A stretch of 61,225 nucleotides of DNA, the filler included, from Sphacelaria rigidula (Eukaryota): NCBI GenBank assembly GCA_964200075.2. It is 4 parts of 4 records of this genome, joined end to end, with 100 filler letters (N's around TTAATTAATTAA, not from the genome) between each part and the next. Parts side by side here need not be neighbours in the genome. Positions count along the whole stretch, not along the records: positions 45,998 to 61,225 come from CAXNAA020001851.1; 3 more parts are not named here. One strand, 5' to 3'. This document shows, one piece after another, positions 50,774 to 61,225 of this stretch. The position numbers were made by a program, and so were the translations under genes. Under the pieces are notes generated by a model. It was not told where the DNA came from. It saw only the letters and a list, made by a program, of their open reading frames with translations, and made no database searches. The first letter of the stretch is position 1. The number at the start of each line of letters is the position of its first letter.

Positions 50774-53700
50774 ATGCTGTCGGTAACCGGCGTGGAGCGA
50801 TCCTATGCGGCAGCCATCAGCGATACGATGCAAAACCTCAGTATTAGGGCCGAGGTAGGCGCAGTGATGGAATCCCTCCTGGGCGACTTGGAGGCATGGG
50901 AGTGGGCCAACAAGGAGGAGGCGCTGAGGGTGGAGCTTGAACATGCCAAGGCCCAGGTGGCCGTACTCAAGGCATCGGAGGCAGCGCTGCTCAAGGTTTG
51001 TTGATGTACAAGTAGTTCGCTGCTGCACAGTATAGTGCAATATAGACCCACATACATACATCTTGCGCATGTCTGCTGTGTTTCCGTGCTGATGAGTTCA
51101 AGAACTAGAAAGTTGCACAGCGGAGAAATATAAATGTTATTCTTATGGAAGAGTTCAGTTATGCTTGAGGCAGAGGACGGGTGGAAACGATGAGGCCCGA
51201 TACGGCAGTACTCCATGTACATCAGCATTGACTGCAAGTATTGTGTGCCCTGCGCAGTATAGGGAGAGAATCAACTTGGTCAATCCTTCGACTGCGAAGT
51301 AGGCAATCTTGAGTCGGCGCAGTTAAAGTAGGCAATCTTCGCAGTAAAGAGAGATTGTGTAACAGACTTCGAGCCTCGTCTCGGAACAGTTTTTCGGCTG
51401 ACGTTTCAGATACATCCAATGACCGGTAAGGTCGGTTTGTGGGGAGTGCCAGTTACCAGATCAACCGACAAATTTACGAAGTCAACAACGCGTGTTTGGA
51501 ATTTTCCGAGGTCGGGTACTGAGGCCGAAGGGGGGAAAGTGACCGCTTTGATTTTTTAAATGGATCAATTTGGCCATTATATTCCTCTACAGCATGCCCA
51601 CGTTTCCTTCTGTACTAGTGTTGTTGTACCTCGCACCCTACTTACTGCCTAGCCGTGACGGACCATTTGGGTACCGATCACTCAACCATTGAGGAACACA
51701 AAGAAGGAGGTGCTGTTTGCCTTGTGCGTAATCTTTGGCATGTGCCTGGCTCTTGCGCTGTGAAGATAGATGTCATCACGAGCTCGTTCATGCTCATCAC
51801 CCAAAAAACACTCATCAGGAAACCTCACGCCGTTTCAAGGAGTTAGACCCTGAAATTTCGCACACATGGTCGTTCTATGGGTCATCACGCAACTTTCGAA
51901 AGTCGAGTTTTTTTTTTATTTGTATGGTTGCACCGTTCTGCGGGAGTCCCAGTTTTTCCGGGAAAGCTTCGATCCACTCGCACCCCCCTAAAACGGCGAG
52001 GAAAAAAATCGTTCATCCCAAGTTGCATAATGACCCATAAGAATCGTAGCACAGTTGTGCAAAATTTCAGGGTCTAATTGCTTGAAACGGCGTGAAGTTT
52101 TTCTCGTTTGTTCGATGAACTTTGCCGTGCCACGGTGAAACCGCGAACCACTTGATTTAGTACGAAAATGGCGTTTCTGGGTCTTCTTCGACGTGAACAT
52201 GAAAACTCAAGCATCAGTTAGTCGAGTTTTGCGGTGAAGCGTTGTGGGTCTCTTCCTTGGGTTGTGCGGTGACAGCTCGATCGCGATTTTTTGTTTTAAA
52301 TCGCATTGCCAGTTTTCTGGGATCCCAGAATGGAGGCTACTTCGAGAAAACGACTTGGATCCCGTGGATCCCCCGAAAAACTGTAAAACGTGAAGTGAAA
52401 AAAAACTCGCCCATCGAAACTTGAAACTTGCGTGATGATCCATAGCACATTTGTGCGAAGTTTCAGAGTCTAACTCCTAGTAACTGCGTGAAGGTTTGCG
52501 CGTTTGTGCGAAAACGTGAGCATGGAACGTGCAACTTCCAAGTACTTCGTTTTAGTTTGAAATCGGCTTTTTTGGTGAATTTTACGTCAAGGCAAGAAAA
52601 ACTATTTGATGTTTCGAGTTTCTCGACCAAACTTCATACATGAGTTCGTTGGCCTATCCCGGCACGCATCATGTTATTATTTTTCTTTTGAGGTATTATG
52701 TGCCGCCTTCCGGGGGTCTTTATACTGGAACCGTCGGAGGCCGGTAGAGAACGGAGACACCCTGAAATCTTGTCAAGATTACATTTTTCCTATTTGGAGC
52801 ATCATGACCTACGGAACTGCCAAGTTTGAGGATGATCTGAGCTTTTCTACTACAGATATAAGGGAAACCGTCACGAGGCTCGCTGAGTATTTCCCACATA
52901 TCATGAGTGCAAATTAGACGACGCCGAAACTCCACATTACCCAAACATCACGGTTTCGGTTGTAATTCGACCCTGTTGTAACCACTTTCAAATCTTCTCT
53001 CGGTTAGAATCCCGAGCTGATGGCGGTTACTACGATTTGAAGCGTTTGGAGGTTGGCTGAAAGTTGGGCTTGGAATTCATGTTTTCAATTTCAGAACAAT
53101 TTGAAGGGCGCTGATTGGTCCAAGTATCTTTTCGCCCTTAGCGCTACCAGTATGGCCCTAAACACAAATCCGGCTATGGCACGCTCTTCAGCTGTCCATA
53201 GTCATCACTGTGATATCATATATGCGACTGTTGGGTGGGTATTGCGAAGGACATTTGCTGATGACACAATTTTGGGTGATGGGCATGAACCAGCTCGTAT
53301 ACTACTGTGGAACATTTAAGCAGAGATAAAAACGGCGTGCAGCAGACTATTTGCAGTGGAGAACGATGGCACACTGGCTGCTTTGCACCGTTGGATTTGG
53401 CCGCTGATGAAAAAAATTGTTTCATATAGTACTGTACAGTACTGTAGATGGTAGCACTAGCAGTACCGATACAGTGGTGAGGAGATACAATTGAGACGAT
53501 GTGACATGCGTGCAACATCAAAACATATTCGAGTTAGCCGGCAATCCACCGCTGTTGCACGTCGCATGGTAAATAATGGGTATTATGATAGAAATGTGCA
53601 GGCCCGCGGACACGCGCGACGAGTTGGTGACAGTCGTGAATATCATGGTATTCTGTAACCAAGTTGTTATTGATTTTGGGCTCATTTTGGGGTGGGGATA

Positions 53701-56700
53701 AGCCCAGGGGCGCAACACAATTGATTCCTTAAAAGTGCAAATGAGCGGCACCGTTGTGTAGCTTGGGATGTAAGTGACACCATGTGTCCGGTTTAATTTT
53801 CGGATCGGCACTGCCTGGGGTAAAAAATCAAAGCTGGAAATGTGACCTGTTGTTCCCGTCAAGGCTTGGTCTAGGGGGAGGTGTTGGTGACGCAAAAAAG
53901 ATATCGAGCCGTTTCTCGGGGGATCGCGAAAACATATACAACAAACTTGAAAAATTAGCTCGATATTCCAGCAGTTGAAGGGCGATAGCTCCGTAATGGA
54001 GAGGTCATGGTCACCAAGACCGGTTTTACCGGGATGATCTCATCCCTAGCGACGGTACGTTCTTTTGTGACCTATTCTTCATTATGACATGTGCGTAACG
54101 AGCCGTGGACCCAAGCAACCGAACAGAGTAGATGCAGCTGTTGTTGCGGAGAGTGAGGAAAATACCGGGAAACATCTCATGTGCTCATGGTGTGCTCGGA
54201 AAGCACAGAACACACTAAATGTATCCACAGTCATCGCGCAATAGCTCCAAGGCTTGCTCTGGCCAAGCTGGTAATGTTACGTCTGGTGTTGCACAAACCC
54301 GTTCGTTATTTCACGGGATACGATTATTTGCTTGCGATGCCGAAACAGAGCAAAGTGCTACCGTTACACCGTCTGTAGCAGCTGCGTATCGTACCGTGAA
54401 TTTGTACTGGCTGGGCTGGACTGGACTGGACTGCAGCGCAAGCAGAAAAAACACCGCTCTCCTGTTTGTAGATACTGAAAACAAGGTACATGGAAATTGT
54501 CAGCACATTTGTGCTGCTGCTGTTGTGATCATACGACGAGGAAAAGTCTCGGTCATGCTCTCAGCACGTCCTTGAGAGCGTGGACTATGGATCCCACTAC
54601 TAGTGAGGAAGCATCAAGTAACGGTCTGCTGGGTGGCACTTGTTGCTGCGTGTAATTTTGTGGATGTATGTGCTGTGTGGGCCTTTGAGTCGCGGGGTAC
54701 ATACCATGCCGAGTCGTACTGCCAAACAGCTCGCGTGAAAAAAACTCGTCGTGAGATAGCATATGTCTCCAATTTTTCAGTTTGTACCGCATTCCCGTCA
54801 AACTCCTCAACTTTCACCGCCGAGACGCAACAGAAAAAAAATAAGTGTTCAAAGTCGGCGGCACCTCAAGGAATGGGTATCTGCAGAGGCCATCTACAGC
54901 GTGTGCGAGGCTACATTTTTGTATCACGCCTCTGTGCGTGTCCATACCGATCAAGCTTTTCTACCCATGGCGAAGACTGATTGTGTGATGACCACTATGA
55001 TACCCTTTTTTCTACCTTCTACGGTTACATGTCTGGCAATTTTATACAGGCTGCAACACCGGGGTCCCCCCCAAGGCACCAAAACTATGAAAGTGATAGT
55101 TTGGGAGACATTTGTTGTTTGCGCGTATCGTAGCATTAGTGGGTACTATAATAGCGTTCATCACTTGCAAAGCATATGAAAGCATTCAGCCCCACGAAAA
55201 GGGCTCAGCGAAGACATGCATGTCCTTGACTTGTCGCTCGAAGCCACTCAGGGGTTTTCCCGCACTAATTTCTACACAAATGTTCAGCCTCTACATGTGC
55301 ATTGTATTTCAGCATTCGTATGCCCAAGGTGAATGTCGGATGAATGCGTTGGTGCACGTCGCTGAGGATGACAATGGTGATGTCATTGTTTTGGTCGATT
55401 GAGATGGGTTCGGTGCTGAAGAACGCACGTGGGAGTCTCCAATGAAAAAACAAAACGGCTTTTCTAAACTCCAAAGGTACCACGGGCAATTACAGGCTAT
55501 CTGTGAGGGGGTCGCTGTCGAAAGGTTCATATAAGTTGGTTCACAGAGATTGGTTCACGCAAACAGTACGGTTCGAGTACAGTACGGTGTACCAGGGTTC
55601 AGCCACTTCCGACGAAGTAGGGGAATATCTCTGTTCGTGTGACATGTGTACATTGTTTTGCAACAATCGCAGCGGTGATCAGGGTTATGACCATAACTGG
55701 CAAGCTAGCGATTGCTGTATGCTCGCTCATGAAAGTGTTCTTGCATTCTGAACCACCACAAGCACTTTCCCGTCTTGAAACAAGACTAAAGTTATCACAC
55801 CAACATTAATCAACGCTTGCACTCAAACCGTCCCCCGACAGTCCCGCGAGTTTCTGAAGGATCATCCCCCCCCCCCCGTGCCTCGCCTGTATGAACGCCT
55901 CACGTACCCTCCCTACTCGTGCCAACATCAGCGCGAGAAAATAGCGGCAGTCAAGGCAGAGGAGGATAAGGCAGCGGCGAAAGACGTGAGAGCGAAGTTT
56001 GTGCAGGAGCTGTGGGGCTTGGCGAGAGAATTTCGGCTACGGGAACAGGAGCAAGCCAAAGCAGATCAGCTCAGCAAGAAGTTGGCCCGACTGGAAGGGG
56101 TAGAGGCCAGCCTGCAGAAAGCGGAGAGGTGCGGCTGGGAACTGTAGAAAAGAAAGCGCAGGGGCTCTTCTGATGAAGGAGAAGGACGACGATTGCTTGT
56201 CTTTGCCCTCGTGAACAGCAATAGCTCGACTATGCCGATATCAACGCCAAGGCACTGGAGTCGTAGTGCTTGGTTATTTTTTTTCTCACTTTTCACGCCC
56301 CGAGCACGTCACGTTCCGCTGCTTGCAACAAGGGTGAGGCGATTCATGAAAGCGCGTGCTCCCCGTTTCCCGTTGTATCAAGCCTAATAACACGGAAACT
56401 TCTCTTCGTAAAACGTCACCGTACCCGAGAGCAAACCGAGAAAATACACCACATCATCTCCGATGCGACGTACCGCGACGTTCATATCTGCTCTTCGAGT
56501 GCCAAACCACGGGTCTGCGATACTGGCACGTACCATGGATAGACACAACGCAGAATAGTTCAACCACGTTCGATCAAACGTTCGAACGTTTGCGCGTTCA
56601 ACCGTGCGAGCGCCGGGCCTTGTTTCGGAACAACACTCTGGCTGACAGTCACGCGGGGCATGTGCAACCATTGTACTGTGCTGAAAAAAAAAGGGCCCCC

Positions 56701-59700
56701 TCTCGCGTGTGTTAAGTATCACTAACGGTGCAGCACACGACTTCCACACCTAGCCAGGACGAACAGGATGGGCTTAGTGCTGTTGAGCTGCTCGTCGCAA
56801 ATCCCAACCTCGGGGCATCGCAATCTCGCTCATATAGTAGCACATGCAAGGACAATCTCCCTGTTTCCATGTGTGGCTTACGTGCTCGCCCTCGATCTCT
56901 GTATCCCTTCGCGCATCTCCCCCGTCCGCTCCGCACGGTATCACAGGAAACTCGCTACGTTGCAGCAGGCGCCAATGCCAACAACAAGACCGGCGACGAT
57001 CAATACTAACTCGGCCCTGCCCCCGACAGGGACTGCCACTGGATCCAAGCGCGGTTCAAGTCCTCGATTGCCCATCTACACCCAAGGAGGAGCAGGGCAG
57101 CTCGTTGGCGGTTCTGCCCCAGCGGGAATGACATCTGGACCCGAATTGTCACCTGAAATGGAGAACGAACGAGCTGCCGGAACGGCCGGGGTCCAGGGTG
57201 GCGACGACAGCGAGAGTGGGGGCGAATCTTGCCCGTTCCTTGAACTGGAAAAGAAGCCTCTGTTGAAGGTGTTCGTTTTTCTTAGCGCGCCGGAGGTTCT
57301 ACGAGCGGCGCAGGTCTGCCGGTCGATGTTCCGCAAGGTGAGAAAATGTATTGAAAGAGCGGAGAGAGACAAATGAGTCTGGCTGTCGTCGTGCTTTTGA
57401 GTTTGGGCTTTGATTCCTGAAGCGGAGTAGCTGCCGCCGAAACTGACGTTGTTCGGAATGTCTGCTCACGGTGACTGTGTTCCGGGAGGCCATCATACCA
57501 GTTCGCCGTTCACGCTGTATGCATCGCCTGCACTCTCCGACCTGCTGGACTACGGAGTGTTCGTTGACAGACGTGGTTCCCGAACGATTACACGGTAGGA
57601 GCGAACTCGCTTCACTAAACGCACCGCACGCCCGCCCCGTAATCCTCTCACGCCGCTGTGACATGGCATCCAGGTAGATCTCATGTTCGGCATCGGCAGC
57701 CAAGCCGTGGCGGCCACCGCACCGGTACCCCCAGAATCTGGATTGGCCGAACGCAGAAGCGGAGGGGGCGTTGTCGCCGGCGGTGCGCGAGATCGAGCGG
57801 GATCCACCACGTCTACGTCGTCTTTGTCCAACCCCGCATCGGCGCCGACGGGGCTTGGGCAGGTGTGACATATCACGTGTGTGAACGGTTGGAATATTCG
57901 ACGCGTTCGTGCTTCTGAGTTCAAAGTGGAGAGTAGGTACGTATCCTCCGTGACGAGTATAAATAACATTCGAAAGTTGTGGGGTTAGAAACATGGTACC
58001 ACGAGGAAATGCGTCTGTATCCGGCGATTGTTCAGCGCGCACGACGCGGACGAATACGGTACTGCTCCACCTGTCCTGTTTCCACTTTCTCCCCCGGCCT
58101 CAACCGAGCAAATCGGAATAAAATCCAATCCCCCACATGCTGCCTCCCTCGGTAAATCGTGTCGAAAACTGATTGCGGGACTTGTTTGCATGTGTACTAT
58201 GTACTGAGCGGAATTGTGTTGTAATTATTGTACTGTTTGGCCGGTCGCCCCGGTGGCGCAGTTGAAAACCTCAAAACCTTCTGACGGCTGGGCCGTGGGT
58301 TCGAATCTCGGAGCGATCTGGGATTTTTTCTCACCCAATGCCCAACAGTAGAGAGCGACTATCTTGTCGTGGGTACACAAAATTCGACTTCATGGTCGAC
58401 GAGGGAAAGGGGCTGCTGAACCCCTCTCGCGATCAAAAATAAAGGCAAGCACCGCAGAAGGAAGGTGGAGAACTGAAAACGAACAAACAAACGAAAACTC
58501 CTGTGTTGGCCTTCCTCCCGTGTGACCCCGGCTGGTGCGCCCACATATACCGGAAGATGTAGACCGGCGTCCAGAATAGATGGGACGACAACACAACACG
58601 CACACACGCATTCAGCTGTATGCATATTACGTACGGTAACAGCCGATGATGCTCCTGCTTGTTGCGCAGCAGAGGACTTCTTGTGTCCACTGTAGAACAG
58701 CAGCATGGTCGGGGTGGGTGTGGAGTGTGATCGGTGGCGGCTATCGGTTGCACCCATCAGAAACCCGTGTTTGTTGGGTGTGCCGTGTTCTATCTGTAGG
58801 CTAACCTATGCCCTGAGTGAGTTCGAGTCTTGGCCGTTGCTTTGTCACGTGTTTGACACTCAGGGGTCACATGATTCACCCAACATAGTACTGAACTAAA
58901 AACAATATGCTATCAATATGCTAATAATAATAGTGAGACTAGCTATGCCATGCGCCAAGACGGATAACGTACGGTGGCACCAGGCGACACGCATATCCCA
59001 CACGTATTAGTTGATGACTTCTCACGATGTCTGCAGTATTCGGTATCATCGGATAGGCCATGTGGTGTGTTTGTAGGCCATGCTTTATTTATCGGTCACG
59101 GAAAAAGGAGCACGACGAATCGCTGGGTAAATGGCATTGGTTCGAATGGCTTTATCCTGAGTGTAGGTGAAATCGGACACAATGGGCTTTCGAAAAATAT
59201 ATATATATATATGGTCGGGTCTCTATTTTGTTTTCATGAGCACAATCGTTGAAACTTCAAACTCACAGGCGTGACGATCTCGTTGGTAGCACACACCGCA
59301 TTGTCTCAAAACGACCGCAAAATTGCAATTGTCAATTATCGCTCGCACGTGACGGGTAGCCCGGCTGTCGCCATGAGGGTGGAGAGAACAAGGGTTCGAT
59401 CTCCGATGCGTTGGATTTGTCTTCGTAACATCTGATTTCCACCGTGGAAAGCGTGAGAACGCGAGTAAACAAAGGAGTCGACTGAGTTTGTTTGACGCGA
59501 GTTGACGCGGTGCGGGAGTGCTGACCCAATCCGCGAGACCAACATGCAAGACTTACACCAGGGGGAGATGCGTTGATCTTTTGAAACCACGGACTCGTCC
59601 CGAGGAAGGGGAGGGGTTCAAGTGCGATAAATATAAAATAAAATGATCTTATATAACTCCACGCTAAACCTTGGTATTTGTCCAGCTTGACAGTTCTGTA

Positions 59701-60701
59701 TCAGCGTCCTCGTAGCCCCGCGTATGACCTCGTCCCCTCTTCATGCACGCCCTACTCTTTCGGACCACTGCCGTCCACGTGCTGTTCTCCTCTACTGTGT
59801 ACATCGCGCATGCTCTCACACACAGAGGACATTGGCGAACGCATTCGGTGCGGTAGCCAGTAGAGTTGAAGCGGTGACTGCGGGAGCCAGCGGGGGCTTA
59901 GGGGTGTTCGCTGGTGCTGCTGCTAGTTTAACCGGGGGAGGGGGGACTGCGAACGGCATCGGTGGGGGCGACGGGGTCGGAGGTGCGGGCACCATCTCGG
60001 CGGAGTTTGTAGAGGGTCTGTCGAAGAAGCTGACGACGGCAGAAATGAAGGGGATCATCCAGCTCACGGAGCGGGGTCGGCGGCTTGACGCAAGGGCTAG
60101 CACGCTGCAGGCTGAAAAAGAGGATCTCAACGCTCGTTTGCAGGTGTGTTGTGTGTTGTGTGTGTGCGTGTGCGTGTGTGTGCGTGTGTGTGTGCTTTGT
60201 GACCGGGGAGGGAAGGGCAGAGGGTTGAGTACTTATCTCAAGGTAAGGGGTGGTAAGGGATGTATGCTATGTTCGTTGCACGGGATAATAGTGGCTCTGA
60301 TATTTTGTGCACTTGGGGTGTTGATCGTGCAACAGTTGCCTCGAGAGCGGCTTTTAAGCGTAATTTTGTACGAGTCGGAACCGTTCCTCGTGTTGTCATG
60401 ATTTCGTCTTGGTCATCTGTGACCACTACTGGGTTTATAAGGGACCAGTTAATGTACGACAATTAATCGATCGTTCGTTCGTTCGATCGATCGATGAATC
60501 CATCCATCCATCCATCCATCATCTGGCGCCGTGGTCTACAATTTTTTGTCGCAGGGCACGGAAAGCGTGAAGGAATTCCTGGTGTCGAAGCTGAAAGAGA
60601 CCGAAGCTGCGCTGAAGCGCAGTCTAGACGAACGAGGGCTCACGCTGCGACAGTCAGCGTCAGACCAAGAAGTCATCTCGTTTTTGGACTCTAGAACACA
60701 G
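50774..60701 (+). CDS. F-box and coiled-coil protein, 3'-incomplete; exons 50774-50995, 55932-56128, 56947-57337, 57674-57862, 59826-60143, 60555-60701
   Basis: All junctions are GT-AG and phase-consistent (0, 2, 0, 0, 0). F-box-like FLELEKKPLLKVFVFLSAPEVLRAAQVCRSMF. N- and C-terminal coiled-coil segments. Confidence 0.8.
51779..53297. mobile_element. ~1.5-kb non-autonomous TIR transposon (possibly Tc1/mariner-type, TA target) in intron 1 of the F-box gene
   Basis: CGAGCTCGTTCATGCTCATCACCCAAAA vs TTTTGGGTGATGGGCATGAACCAGCTCG|TA (2 mismatches in 28). The left flank is CA rather than TA. An internal ~80-bp motif occurs three times: 51820 forward, 52020-52100 and 52420-52497 inverted. Confidence 0.7.
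58245..58316 (+). other. tRNA-like sequence (SINE head or tRNA pseudogene), intronic
   Basis: A-box-like TGGCGCAGTTG, B-box GGTTCGAATC, a possible CTG anticodon loop and complementary ends TCGC.CCG/CGG.GCGA. The T-stem does not pair and the D-loop GG is missing. Confidence 0.5.
59360..59643 (+). mobile_element. SINE-like element with B-box-like head and A-rich tail
   Basis: GGGTTCGATCTCC head, body shared with 60795-61060 (TTTCCACCGT.GAAAGC, GACGCGGTGCGG, CCAATCCGC.AGACC, ACCACGGACTCGTCCCGAGG), tail ATAAATATAAAATAAAA. Confidence 0.7.
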
Positions 60702-60794
60702 GTATTGACACTTTTCAGCGAAAACTGACAATGGGGCAAGTCCAAGGGGCCGCTTTCCCGTGGTGTAAATTTAAATGGCCTGCCTGACGCCATT

Positions 60795-61060
60795 AGGGTG
60801 GGGAGAACGTGGGTTTGATTCCCGTCAGATGCGTTATTTTTTTCGTTCGAGGTATACAATTTCCACCGTCGAAAGCAGGAGGACGTGAGCAGCAAAACGA
60901 GTTCTGTTTGGCTCGAGTTTGTCTGACGGGAGTCGACGCGGTGCGGAGGTGTTGATGGTCATGATCCAATCCGCAAGACCAAACTGTAAGGCGTGTACCG
61001 GGGGAGAGATGGGTCGATCCCTTGAGACCACGGACTCGTCCCGAGGGAGGGTGGTGCTTT
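60795..61060 (+). mobile_element. Second near-full copy of the SINE-like element
   Basis: AGGGTGGGGAGAAC...GGGTTTGATTCCC head and a body collinear with 59360-59643. Confidence 0.7.
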
Positions 61061-61225
61061 AGAGTGTGACGAAAAGGGGGCGGGGGAGGACGGGAGGGGG
61101 TGCTCATTTATTGGCATACTCATTTGTTACTTGCCTTGATCGTTTGACCGTTGACCACACACCCCTTGCGAGACGGAGCAGGGGGGGGGGGGGGGGCGTC
61201 CTCATTTGTTGCTTGCCTTAGTAAT

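Overview
Eukaryotic, intron-rich genomic DNA. The exon/intron style, GC-rich exons and gene set suggest a stramenopile, probably a brown alga; this is inference. The window is four contigs joined by artificial 100-nt spacers (N44-TTAATTAATTAA-N44 at 15234, 30566, 45898), so adjacency across them is not biological. I reconstructed six spliced genes by hand from GT-AG sites with matching phases. (1) A minus-strand unknown protein with five ~200-aa helical repeats in one ~3.5-kb exon. (2) A small low-complexity orphan protein. (3) A coiled-coil protein with one predicted TM segment. (4) A partial TAF2 (TFIID subunit 2), 12 exons. (5) A partial NOB1 (PIN endonuclease). (6) An F-box/coiled-coil protein head-to-head with NOB1. 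Introns and intergenic DNA carry many non-autonomous elements (Tourist-like, piggyBac-like, hAT-like, foldback, SINE-like), tandem repeats and microsatellites. The best novelty candidates are the five-repeat helical protein, a tandem array of three hairpins, the F-box protein with an EREX/EREL-like segment, and decayed exon copies inside TAF2. No CRISPR array, rRNA or intact transposase was seen.
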